A stretch of 64,000 nt of DNA, from contig CM102289.1 of the NCBI GenBank assembly GCA_046563655.1, forward strand, positions 4,402,001 through 4,466,000, given 5' to 3'. Under the pieces are notes generated by a model. It searched no databases. It was not told the DNA's origin and saw nothing but the letters and a program-made list of their open reading frames with translations. The translations under genes were made by a program, and so were the position numbers. Position 1 is the first letter of the stretch; each line of letters opens with the position of its first letter. Source of the stretch: Yuukianura sp. NJ FZ-2021 (Eukaryota). Shown here one piece after another: positions 13,701 to 26,021 of this stretch.

Positions 13701-15095
13701 CGTAATATCCTCAAGAATCGTGATGCAATCATCCTGTCCGTTGGATGGAGAAGATTTCAAACAGTAGCGCTCTATTCAATTCATGACCACAACATGAGGA
13801 ATCGGTAACGTATTTTCAAAATTGACTTGACTTTTGTTAATTTGGCTTTTGCTTTCAGCGTTGCCAACAATTTATCTGCTCCGTGTCATTGCAGTATGCT
13901 AATTCCAATATTCTTGTGATTATACAGAATGATCAAATACACGCCGGAGCACTTGCATTGTGTAGCAAACTTCTATGGCCCCATTACACCACAAGGGACT
14001 GGAATACTGGGAATTGCTCCTGACGGTTTTGACGGGTTTCGTATTACACTGACTGGCACAATCCTTGATATGGACAAAAGCACGGAGCTTGTGAAGAAGC
14101 TCAAATTGATTGGACATCCGGCTAAAATATTTAAAAAATCAGCCTTCGTTAATGGTAACTACCCGTTCACCTGATAAAATTCATTTAACCTTACTTCAAC
14201 AAAGCACAGATTTAACTAATATTGGGGATTGTATCTAAGGCATGTTCAACTCCCAGTTGGAAGTGGCGAAGTTTGTAGGAGCTAAAATTAAGACAGTCTC
14301 TGGTATACGTGGAGTTATCAAGAAACAACTCAGAACGCCCGCTGGCTCCTTTCGTGCAACATTTGAAGACAGAATCCTGCTCAGTGGTTAGTCAAGTCAT
14401 CTAATCAATATCATTACTAAAAACTCTCATGCCATTTTCCTTATGTTCTGTTCCGTTTTATAAAGATGTCGTATTTTGTCGTACTTGGGCCAACGTGGAT
14501 ATTCCGAAGTTTTACCTGACTATTCCTAACCTAGTTGTGCCAAATACGCGTTTGGTCAAAACAGTGGGTCAATTAAAACGGGAAAGTCAGGTTAAAGCAA
14601 CCCCTGATCCGGACCACTTGTATACCCCCGTAGTGAGAGCAACTAAGGAATTCAAGCCACTTCAAATTCCAAAGAAATTGCAGGAGAGACTTCCATACAT
14701 GGACAAGCCGAAAGTAAAAGCAAAATGTCAAGAGGTGCAAAGAATTGCTGTGATCAAGGAACCTCACGAAAGAAAGGTACGCCAATACTTGAGAAATGGT
14801 GGCTTTTTTCTTGACAAGCGCTTACGAACTCGGCATATTTCTACAGTACTTGCTCGTCCAACTAAAGTCGCAATACTAATACTATGTCTTTGTTGAACAG
14901 ATGACGACGCTGCTCTCCGAGATGAAATCACGGATGAGCAAAAAAGAAGCAAAAGTGAAAATGGAACGAGGGAAAAAAGCTGCAGAGAAGGCAAAAGTGC
15001 AGAAACGGCTGGAAGAACAACAAACTCGTCGCCAAAAAGAGTTACGGAAAAAAATATTCCGTACACTCGGCAAAATGAAACCAACTAAGAAGTAG
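10794..15095 (+). CDS. BMS1: Ribosome biogenesis GTPase BMS1, about 8 coding exons
   Basis: RNPKAFA, P-loop [82 protein letters not shown]. Approximate exons 10794-11291, 11376-11767, 11863-13400, 13473-13804, 13928-14154, 14240-14386, 14466-14776, 14901-15095. An alternative in-frame ATG is at 10770. Confidence 0.97.
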
Positions 15096-16328
15096 TCTTC
15101 TGATGTTCTGATGACCATTCTGATTCTGATTTCTGACAGCGTATCGTTAAGGACTTTGAGTTTACTCCTTTTAGAGCTGAAATGTCTAAGTTTGTTTTTC
15201 AAAAACACTATTTTTTTGTATTAAACTCAACTTTCTATTACTGGCAAACCTTGGTGGAGAAACTAAATCCTACTTCACGAATATCTTGTTATTTCCGAAG
15301 TTAATATTTAGTCCAACAATGCAATCAACATTGAGATTTGAGCGTTCTTGTGACAAAAGTAAAACAAAATTGTATTTGAAAATCCTAGCGGATCCTACAT
15401 GTGAATTGCTTACTTGTATGAAACACACCGTCACGTTATTATAGGAAAAGTGTATCATTCTAAAAACGATTTACTGCACCACTATAAGTCTGATGATTTG
15501 CCACCGCAATCCTCGCTACAATTCTTTTCCCAGTTTCTCTTTTCGGCCGAAGTCAAGAAATTCGAGAATGCTTAAAACACAACAAATTAATGTTATTATT
15601 TGAATTTCTTACATTTGTTCAAAAGAATTTCATAATTAAAATCCCCTCCCTTGTTCATAAATACAGAAAAAACGGCAAATTTAAAGGTATCTGCATAATA
15701 TCTAGAATTAATATAAAATCTTAGTACTAATGTAAATATTTTTCCATAGGCATAGTAATATGCTATTATATTCCTGTTGAAAATTATGTCTAGTTGCTAT
15801 TATTATATAGCACCTAGCCTGTAATATTATATTGTATTTTTATGTTTACTGTAATAATAGAATATAATATAAGAACTATAGTATTGCAGGCGATATTATT
15901 ACCTATGTAAAATATTAGCTGAGTATGGTAGGAGTTTTGTATAAGAATATTATGGTGGAGCGTTGTCCTAAAACCCCCTACAGTTGCCCAGAATACCGAG
16001 TAACAGAAAAAGTAAAAGTTATTATCATCTCATATAATTTTTAAGTAAAAAATGTAATGTTTTTAGTGTAATTCATTTGTTCAAATTCATTTGTTAATTC
16101 AATCTAAGAAAAGCCAATGAGATTTTAAGTGGAAAGCTTAATTATTTTTGTAGTTCATCTGATCTTCTAGTCTGAAATGATATGCTGATCTGAGGCATTA
16201 CTTAAGCGGAACTCTGTCACTGTCTTTTCTACGTTTCTTGAAACCCGCCGCTCTATAATTTGGGGTGTCAGAATTTAGTTGATGCAGAAATTGAGTAAGA
16301 TCGTCTAATATCGTTCAAACTTACCTCG

Positions 16329-19252
16329 TCAAGAATCAGAATCCTCTTTGTCCCGCTCCCCGCCATTGGCCTCACCCTTATCGTCATTATCCGTACTTAC
16401 AGCGCAGACACTGTCCCCGACATTCTTCTCTTCTGCCACTGTTTCATCCAGGACAGGCTCTTCAATCTTCTCAGGCTCCTTAATATTGGTTTTGTGTTTG
16501 ATTGTATCATCAACCGAGGAAGTGGTATGTTTTCTATCGGAAGTTTTAACTGTAACAGTATCTGCAGTATTGCTCGAGCTTCTATCCCCATCATCCGAAC
16601 TTAACGGTTCATCTCTCAAAGGATCTTGATCTACTAGTGTCGGCGCATCATCTTCCGAAGATTTAATAGTCACCTCGGGATCTTCTGACACGTCGGGCTC
16701 CAATGAAATCTTAGCCATATCCGAACTGCTAATTGAATCCGTCGTCCCATTAGTACACAAGGTGGTATTGATTTCTCCTTTGCCGTTCCGGTTGTCGAGT
16801 TCTTCTGACTCGGAGGGTGCCGGATCTCCAGAATTCAATTGAACACCGCGTTGACGAGAAGACTTGCGAATGGGCTGCATAACCACATGTACTCGTTTTT
16901 GTTGGCGCTTTATCGGAACTTTGGAATCGTCCACAAGTTTATTGAGTTTCGAAGTCATCGAACGGACTGCTGCTCCGCGCTTTTTTCTCCTAACCCCAAA
17001 TAGGCGATTGGCTGTTGGTTTTCGTTTCAATTTGGCGTTTACATCAATTGGCATCGCGTGGTCCATGCTTTCAAAGTCGCTGATCTCCGTGGAATTGTTT
17101 GCAGGACTCTTTTGAGTTGGAGTGCCGGAGCTCTCTTCGCCGATGACTTCCATGTCCCCGTCTGCTGGAATCTGCGCTTGGTCATTGATGTCTGCTGCTA
17201 TTGCCTTGTCCTCATCCATGGCGATCGGAATGGAATCACTTTTCAAGTCTTCTCCTTCCTGGATTTGTTCGTGATCGTTGTGTGCCTCTGCTGTATGCCT
17301 CTCAAGGGAGAGTGCTGAAACAAACGTCTTTTGACAGTTCGTGATAATGCATTTATGCATTTCAATCTCAGCGTTGGGAATAAGGTGAGTGTTGTGAACA
17401 TGTCGTTTGAAGGCTTCTTTGCTGCTAAATCCTTTGCCACAGTTGTTCACGTCGCACTGGTACATTTTGCACTCAGGGTGCGTGTCACTCTCATGACGCA
17501 GAAGACGGTTCCTTGCGGTATAAACCTTCGGACAGTAGGCACATGGAAAGAGTCCTTCTAAAAACAGAAAAAAGAGTTCAGCGTGCTGGTGATTCAATTA
17601 TAACAACTGTGTAATAATAGTGGTACCCACGATTACTCACCTCCATCAAGGCACGGAACAATCACCATGTCTTCGTTTGATTTTAGTGGGCTTAACCCAC
17701 TATTTCGAGTAGGACGCAAGGTAACACTGCTAGAAAACGTTTCCTCGCCTTCACTCTTCGTTTTCCTCACAGGTACAGGTTCCACCGTAGCCACTACATG
17801 TGGCCGCTGTGAAACTTTCAAGACTTTCCTGGGCTCTGCGCTGTCACTAAACCAACGTAAAACGTTTAGTCTACGGGTCCAGTCCAAGTCATGACGTTTA
17901 CTGATATCAATTCAATAGAACTACCATACCTTTCCATTTCGGAAACTTTCCGCTTGCTCTTGATCAAACCTTGTTCTTCATCATTATAGTATACACCACC
18001 TGGAATATGCTGTACGTCGTTCACAAACGATTTGCTGTGTGGAGCAAATCGGTTTGATAGCTTAGGCACCGCAAGTGGAAAACCTACGGATTTCCTTAGA
18101 CCTGAGTTTGAAGGTCTTCCTGGTAAACGACGACGCCCCGCAGTAAGTTTGTTGCACAAAACGTTTCTTCGTTTCTGATCAGAAATAAGTGAGGTTGAGA
18201 ATCGACTTTGGATTCCTCCTTTTACAGTATCGCGAAATCCTTTCTGGGGGGACAAAAGAGGTGGAGCGCATTCCCTTGTAACTAGTTCTGGTTTAATGGT
18301 CGCCATCTGTAGGTCTTTTCTTGGGGATGTGACAGACAGCCTTGCATTTTCTAAGAAACAGAAGAACCATTTAGAAAGAATCGTAACTACGATTAACTGC
18401 GTTCATTAGTTGAGTCAAAGATATCATCTACGAAAAAACTTCAATTTAACGCTTTATAAACTGATTTATACCAAAATCCACTATTCCAAGTTGGTCCTCA
18501 TTCGCAGCAGCGGTGTTGCCTCCGACGAAAATCCGCCTGTTGGTAACATCATTGCAAGAATTCTTCTGCTGGGAGTGACAAATGCAGATGAAGTTGCCGC
18601 AGTTATGTGGCGTTGCACTCCGCTCGGAGGCAATATATTCTAGCCCCATTTTATCTTCGGAATGAACTGGAGCTTTATATTCATCATACGTCATTTTCCA
18701 TTCTATAAAGAAAAAAAACAAATATTAATTATTTCCGGCATATGTAGCTCTGTACTGTCTTCGTCTCTTTAGAATGCGATGAGCTTAACACTGGGATCGA
18801 AGAATTGAATAAGGTAAAATCCTACTGTCATGTATTTGTTGGCGGATGAAGTCAATTGGTCCATCTCTAGAATTCTGGGCGATAGTTTCCACGATAGTGA
18901 ATGCGAGGTCATTTCGGATACTGTTGTACTTGGACCGAATATTCTGAAGTTCAATTTGATAAGCCGCCATTACTGACACTTTAGTGTGGCACTGAGGACA
19001 GAATGGTAGTGATAACACCTCGTCATCGTCGCCGTCACCACCATCAGATTTCAGGGAATTTTCAATATCCAGTGACAAGTAGAAGTTCTTGATCATGTTG
19101 GAATCCCAAACTTCAGAATTAAATTCAAAAGGGGTAAAATTCTTGTAGCAGACGACGCAGCATTGTTGCTTTAACGGCGGTGGTATCTCCTGAAGATGTG
19201 CCAGTCGTGGAATATGATATTGCTGGCGCGGTTGATGTTTGCCCCTCGGCAT
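16329..19252 (-). CDS. ZAD-like (CxxC...CxxC) plus three C2H2 zinc-finger protein with acidic low-complexity tail
   Basis: N-terminal CVVC...LPFCPQC followed by a coiled segment. Fingers CAYCPKVYTARNRLLRHESDTH, CDVNNCGKGFSSKEAFKRHVHNTH and CIITNCQKTFVSALSLERHTAEAH. Five coding exons join in frame. A 5'UTR intron has a donor near 19504 and an acceptor near 19268. Confidence 0.8.
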
Positions 19253-20421
19253 CTTTGTTCTTGCTATCTAAAAAACAAGCTAAAAGGATTTTAGTAAAAT
19301 CCTAATACTCTGCTCTTCTGCTTCAATGAACATCGGCGAATCAGTTACGAAAAAAAAAACAAATATAATTCCTTGGTAAATAAATTCTTCGACATAAGAA
19401 TGAGAAATAATGGAATTTAGAAATACGTATAATATGTTCCACTTCGGAATGTCAATGATTCGTGTTTTTTTTTCTGAATTCACTCTCAAAACTATTTTAC
19501 TCACGTCGGCACTTTTCGATCTTTCCACTCAACTCTTTAACAGTTTTCTCCTTCTAGATGTCGGCAAGAGTTCAGAGGAAGGGTCGGGAACTGCCGAACA
19601 CTTTGCTTCGTTCCATCGCATCCGTTTCTCGCACTAGTCTAGTACTACGGCGTCTTTCCAAACAAAAAAATTTAAATCGACTTTATAATAGTGTTACCGT
19701 TGACGTTGAGCCCAATTATGGGCAGAGTTCAGGAAAATCCGTTCCCGTTACCCGCTCCCACGTAAATCCCGATCCCGATCTGATTCGCCTTGGAAGGTCC
19801 CCTTCTTAAATACTCGGCAGGATTTCCGACCGCTTTCAATTAGTCGAGTAACCAAATTGAACTTTAGTTGGAGTCACGGTGTAATAGCCATCCCATTTTC
19901 TTGCAGTTAAGTTATGAAATGTCATGTCATACAGGTTATTCTGCTGCAATGTGTGTGCACTGATCTGACTGACTTAAATCTTTCATCTAACGCAACTCGT
20001 GAGGGTGGATAATCCTCGGAAAAAAAATACTCACTACATATTGCAACTTGAATTATTATGAATATATGTCTGCGCACACACTAATCCTCTGAAATTTCAG
20101 GATGACGATCCGCATTAAATATAAAACTGGAATCATCCGAATTATCAGTAAAGAAACTGATTGTAAACCGCAGATTGCGGTGCAGCTTAAGCTGAATCCA
20201 TACTTCGTGGTTTTCCTGCTATATTCCCGTTGAATTTCATTCCATTTTCGCGATCCATACTTTTCCATCGTTGTTTCGTGGTTTCTACCAGAAGCGATGA
20301 TGGTATGCAAATGGCGCTTAGTTAGTTGTATTTTGAAATTTCCGTTCGCACTACATTCTATTGCCATTCGAGTTACATCATGGCACTGAACTCACGAGGG
20401 AGTTCCCAATTTGCCGTCGAG

Positions 20422-20510
20422 TTTTAGTCTTCTTTCATCTTCATGTCTACGCATGCTGAAGAAGACTATTGATACGACTTTGTCTGTCTGTCTGTCTGTC
20501 CGTCTGTAAC
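20422..20510 (+). mobile_element. 5' end of a Helentron/DINE-1-like (HINE) non-autonomous element
   Basis: T-run, then TAGTCTTCTT (20425-20434) with its inverted copy AAGAAGACTA (20459-20468), then a (TGTC)n/GTCC microsatellite (20481-20507), then a tandem array. This is the DINE-1/HINE order of parts. The 3' end was not found. Confidence 0.55.
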
Positions 20511-20520
20511 GGGGATTATG

Positions 20521-21346
20521 TATTTAGAAAGAGTGATTTTCCTACTAAACTTTTAACTTTTTGGAATTTGGAATTATGTTATTTAGAAAGAGTGATTTTC
20601 CTACTAAACTTTTAACTTTTTGGAATTTGGAATTATGTTATTTAGAAAGAGTGATTTTCCTACTAAACTTTTAACTTTTTGGAATTTGGAATTATGTTAT
20701 TTAGAAAGAGTGATTTTCCTACTAAACTTTTAACTTTTTGGAATTTGGAATTATGTTATTTAGAAAGAGTGATTTTCCTACTAAACTTTTAACTTTTTGG
20801 AATTTGGAATTATGTTATTTAGAAAGAGTGATTTTCCTACTAAACTTTTAACTTTTTGGAATTTGGAATTATGTTATTTAGAAAGAGTGATTTTCCTACT
20901 AAACTTTTAACTTTTTGGAATTTGGAATTATGTTATTTAGAAAGAGTGATTTTCCTACTAAACTTTTAACTTTTTGGAATTTGGAATTATGTTATTTAGA
21001 AAGAGTGATTTTCCTACTAAACTTTTAACTTTTTGGAATTTGGAATTATGTTATTTAGAAAGAGTGATTTTCCTACTAAACTTTTAACTTTTTGGAATTT
21101 GGAATTATGCTATTTAGAAAGAGTGATTTTCCTACTAAACTTTTAACTTTTTGGAATTTGGAATTATGCTATTTAGAAAGAGTGATTTTCCTACTAAACT
21201 TTTAACTTTTTGGAATTTGGAATTATGCTATTTAGAAAGAGTGATTTTCCTACTAAACTTTTAACTTTTTGGAATTTGGAATTATGCTATTTAGAAAGAG
21301 TGATTTTCCTACTAAACTTTTAACCTTTTGGAATTTGGAATTATGC
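20521..21346. repeat. Tandem array of 14 x 59 bp
   Basis: Unit TATTTAGAAAGAGTGATTTTCCTACTAAACTTTTAACTTTTTGGAATTTGGAATTATG(T/C), near-identical copies. A partial 15th unit resumes at 22229 after the MITE. Confidence 0.99.
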
Positions 21347-21348
21347 TA

Positions 21349-22228
21349 CAGTGAATTCTCTAAATAAGGGACAGGAGCTCCTCCTCTTTCTCACTTTCAC
21401 TCGAACTCGCGGTACAGTAAAGTTTTAATTTTGGAGGGAACGTATGTTTCAGTTTATCGGCTTATTTTTTACGATTGTTTTTTTTTGGTTAATTTTTTTT
21501 GGCGCGAAACAAAAGTAGTTAGATAGGTAATATGCGCAACAATATACTGCGCAACAGCGCACAAACTGCGCAACAGCGCACAAACTGCGCAACAGCGCAC
21601 AAACTGCGCAACAGCGCACAAACTGCGCAACAGCGCACAAACTGCGCAACAGCGCACAAACTGCGCAACAGCGCACAAACTGCGCAACAGCGCACAAACT
21701 GCGCAACAGCGCACAAACTGCGCAACAGCGCACAAACTGCGCAACAGCGCACAAACTGCGCAACAGCGCACAAACTGCGCAACAGCGCACAAACTGCGCA
21801 ACAGCGCACAAACTGCGCAACAGCGCACAAACTGCGCAACAGCGCACCAACTGCGCAACAGCGCACCAACTGCGCAACAGCGCACCAACTGCGCAACAGC
21901 GCACCAACTGCGCAACAGCGCACCAACTGCGCAACAGCGCACCAACTGCGCAACAGCGCACCAACTGCGCAACAGCGCACCAACTGCGCAACAGCGCACC
22001 AACTGCGCAACAGCGCACCAACTGCGCAACAGCGCACCAACTGCGCAACAGCGCACCAACTGCGCAACAGCGCACCAACTGCGCAACTGCGCACCAACAG
22101 CGCTACAGCGCACAAACTGCGCAACAGCGCACAAACTGACCGTTTACCAGAAATCTTACGGTACTGGGGGAGGCGCCTACTACCAATCCTCCAATAGTGA
22201 TTTTTTCCCTTATTTAGAGAATCCACTG
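21349..22228. mobile_element. MITE with 23-bp TIRs and TA target duplication (Tc1/mariner/pogo-type ends)
   Basis: CAGTGAATTCTCTAAATAAGGGA (21349-21371) and the reverse complement of 22206-22228 (CAGTGGATTCTCTAAATAAGGGA) differ at 1 base. TA at 21347-21348 and 22229-22230. The host 59-bp unit continues across the insertion. Confidence 0.9.
21546..22138. repeat. Tandem array of about 31 x 19 bp (GC-rich) inside the MITE
   Basis: Unit ACTGCGCAACAGCGCAC(A/C)A. It accounts for the spurious long repetitive ORFs in the ORF track. Confidence 0.99.
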
Positions 22229-22809
22229 TATTTAGAAAGAGTGATTTTCCTAAATACGTGTCTGCGTGGGTGCAAAGGAAGCAGCGCGAAAATTTTAACG
22301 GGTGGGGACAGTTGAACTCGACAATATTCAAATTTGGATTGAATGCCCGTTTCGAATTCACCGACGATTTTGTCGACACTGTTTTTGTTAAGAAAATTTT
22401 AATGCGTTGTTTTGATGTTTGGACATCTGAGACAGTTCGGTGCAACTTTTTAACCAGTGTTCTGCTCGTACAGCAATTTCCAAATGTCAAAACTTGCGAA
22501 TGTTAGGTATGTTTAATTGGGTTAGGTCTAAGTGCTATGTTCGTTTCATTTTGTGTAGTTTGAAAGTTTTCTATATTCACAGGTTCCTCTAGTACATCGT
22601 TGTGTTTAATTTTTATGTAACTTACTTTTATTGTAAAAATGCTTAAGGTACTAGTAGGTAAAGTTGTAAAACTGTATTTTCTAACAATTGGCACTGAGTG
22701 AGGTAGGCACAGTTGTTAAGTTTTTAGTAATTTATGTTTGTTTGTTTTTCACAAAATAACATTAAAATAAATTTTAGCACAGCTTCCGACAACGCATTTG
22801 TTAAATTAC

Positions 22810-22818
22810 AAAAAAAAA
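22810..22818 (-). terminator. Pol III oligo-T terminator of the tRNA
   Basis: Run of 9 T on the minus strand, 3 nt downstream of the tRNA 3' end. Confidence 0.8.
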
Positions 22819-22821
22819 TTC

Positions 22822-22904
22822 CGTGGCTAGTAGGATTCGAACCTACGCTCCCAGAGGGAAATAGATTTCTAGTCTATCGCTTTAGACCGCTCAGCCATAG
22901 CCAC
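22822..22904 (-). tRNA. tRNA-Ser(AGA)
   Basis: GTGGCTA/TAGCCAC acceptor stem, discriminator G, D arm GCT..AGC, anticodon arm ATAGA-CTAGAAA-TCTAT, long variable arm CCC-TCT-GGG, T arm GTAGG-TTCGAAT-CCTAC. Confidence 0.95.
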
Positions 22905-25900
22905 TAATACACGAATGAGTGCTTTTAAAAGAATATATAAAATTCTTCCTCATTTACTCTTAAATAACATCTTCCTTCGATTAAACATAAAATAGAGAAT
23001 ATCAATTAAAAGGCATATGAAATCAAATTCCAATTGAAAAATTCCAATAGAAAAACATTTGCTAGCGTTAGCAATTAAATGTAAAAAAAAACTATTTTAA
23101 CGCAATTTCTAGCAACAAAAAAATAAGTTAAGTTAAAAAAGTTGTTTGAAAAAAAAGTTGTTTCGAACGCTTCCAATAATTGTTGTTTCTCCATATATTA
23201 GCTTAACTTCACTAACAGTATTGATTGTGAATTACTTTTGAATTTTGGAAAGAATAAACTTATGATGCCAAGGGTCAAAACTCTCTTTGGTTGGCCTTGG
23301 CCATTGATTTATGATAAGTTTGGAAATGTTTTAGCAGAAGAAAAGCAAGATGATGGATGTGATCGGTTACCCAAGAGAATAACATTCATCATCATCCTTC
23401 TTAACGGAAACAGACTAGGATTTATGAGAATTCATTGATTACAAAAATTGGCACAAAAAACTTTGTTCTAGCTTCGAATTACTACAAAAATTCAATTTAT
23501 TCGTTTCAAAGTTATAAGGTTTCACTTTCTTAACTGGAGCTTTTAGGTTTTCTCTGCTAACAAGTTTAAGAATTCTAGAAAACTATAGTAATAAAAGTCC
23601 ATCAAACTTTGTAATTAGGGTCATCAATTAAAGTCTCACCCATTAATCATGTCGTCAGAAGCACAAAAGTTTGATAAGCTTTAATAATCCGTACAGGCGG
23701 CGTAAAGTGTAAGGGAATTATTATTATTCTTAGAAAGTTAGGAAAGAAAATTGTGTAAAAAGTTTGAAAGACAATATATGTACACAGTTTCTTCCCAAAA
23801 AATTACATTTTGAATTTTTTTATGAGCTTAAGATTAAATTGATAAAGTGTTTTGTGAAGTGCTCGAAGGATGAGTGCTCGAGCTTCGTGTCGCTGTGTAA
23901 GCCATCGCTGCAAGCAAAGTAAAGGGGTTTTTCAACTTTCTTATTTGAGAAGCACTTCATCCTCTTTGGACGACATTGTTTGGCCCTTGAGTTTTCATTG
24001 ACGCGTTTTGGCGCTGGTTTTTGTTGATCTTTGGAATAAATCCGTTGGTGGGTCTTTTAGAAAGTGCTGATGGGACAAATCCATCAATCAGGAACCAACT
24101 CTAACTTTCTCTTCAAACAGACATAGAGATAAGGGAAAGACAGCAAACAGAGCGGCCATTTTCTATCCGCCTGCTTTCGTAACGCTCTAATTTCAAATTG
24201 GCTGCATTTCAAATTTAGAGCTGGGTCAGATCTACCGAGACAGTTTTGACGTCATTGCGGTCGCAGCTTTGGACTTAAAAGTATTCAGTTGGGCAAAGTT
24301 AGGTTTAGATATACGCGGATGCTTTTTACATAATTCAGGAGAGTAAAGTTTTATTTTTTTGAATCCAAATATAATTTTGAATACTATGTCGCAGGGGAAT
24401 TTGGAATCATTTTACAATTTTTTTTTCTGTACCTTGACATGTTGTTGCGTGCCGTGGTTAAATGAAATGCAAATGAGCACACGCCCACCTTCCTAATGGA
24501 TGGTTACGTGCAATGTAAGTGCGGGAGATGATGGACGTGAATCCAGTGGGACTTTGTCGGTGGGAGGCTAAGTCCCAGTTGGAATATTAATCTTGTTCGG
24601 AATCTGATTAGAGTCACTGGATGGCACTTTCACTCCACTTCCCCACGGTGGCTGCGGCTCAATTTCCATACAGAATTTTAGCTTCCCTTCTTTGATTTAA
24701 TAGAAGCAGCCAAAGGGCGCTGCGAGCATAAATTCACAAAGTCTCTGACTTCATAGTCTCTCTCCAGGGTTAGTCGCCGCTGGGGAATTTTACATCTAGG
24801 ATACTAGCATACTTTCATCCATAAGTTATGGCACATAAGGTATAAAATACGCTCTTTTGGATAAACCATAAGTTAAAGAAACAAATGTTTTCCGAGCTAA
24901 GCAATGCAATGTGCACATAGTAAAATGTAAATTTAAAAAAAAATGCTTATTATAAATGCTCGTATTTCGTTTAAAACAAGATTCTCCTTTTAGAGAAAAA
25001 AAAAACGAACAGCAAAGTCCGCCCTTTAAAATCCGTTTACTGGTTTTGGGATGATAATCAAACGTAATGTGTAAAGCACAACTCTGCCCGGGGTATGTTC
25101 GGGCGAGAGATCGTGAAACCTTGTTCTAAACTTTCTCTGTCGTAGGGGGAGAACAAAAGACGAAATCCGTGCCCTTTCCGTGCCTTGGAAGCAGAATGAA
25201 CGAAAGTGTAACTTTTAGTGAAATAAAAATTGATTTGGGAAATGTAGTTGATCTCCACCTGGGGAAATGAAGTCATTGATTTAACACAACCATTCCTTTG
25301 GTTTCTCTCAATTTAAAATTCCAATGGGAGAGGCATGTCCTCATCTACAGAAAGAGGGTGGTGGTTGTGCTGTGTCCCGAGTGAAAGCAAGTTTCCAAGC
25401 GAAACAGAAGGAGAATGAGGGATAATTAGAAAGAATTGGGCCTTTGAGTCCCTGTAATTCCAGCTCTTTTCAATTCTGCTCGTTAGGTTCCAAAGTCTGC
25501 TGGAACTGGATCAAACAAATAATAATTGTGGCAGAATTAGGCTTCGAACAAAAGCAAACAACTCACATCAACCAGCAGAAGATTGACTTTGAGGAGAAAG
25601 CACAGGTCCGTCCAATGCTGCTGAACTTTTAAACTTTTCCCAAACAAAAGTTGAAAATGGGATGTTAAATATTCATCATCTGAAGCATGTTTTTGTAATA
25701 GCGGTTACGTTTGCAAGTTAGTTTTAAAAAAAAATGGAGTCGAGTGTCGCATGGCCCAGGAATAACATGGGGTATGCAACAGAGTGGGAATAAAAGGAGC
25801 TTGTTTGTGCTTCCACAAGTTCAGTTGGGGATTGGCTGTGGAGGCATCGTCAGTCCTCCGTTTCAGTTTCCTTGAAAGTGAAAGTGTGATATACTAACAT

Positions 25901-26021
25901 AGCGCCAAGGAAAATTGTTTTCTGCAGTGCGTGTTCTTGAAACTGTGGTGGGTGTTTGAATCCAGAAGATTGATTGTGGAGGGTGTTTAATTGACTTTTG
26001 TGTGGAATCCAGTGGAGTTGC

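Noticed and set aside
13805..14900. Intronic snoRNAs in BMS1
   Set aside because: No convincing C/D or H/ACA box arrangement was seen in these short introns.
20521..22138. CRISPR-like appearance of the regular repeats
   Set aside because: Head-to-tail units with no unique spacers, no cas genes and a eukaryotic context.
21526..22148. Possible third element bounded by GGTAA...TTACC around the 19-bp array
   Set aside because: Only a 5-bp inverted match and no target-site duplication.
21449..22490. Four long ORFs (209-323 aa) with Cys/Ala- or Gln/Thr-rich repeats
   Set aside because: By-product of the stop-free 19-bp tandem array inside a MITE; no gene structure.
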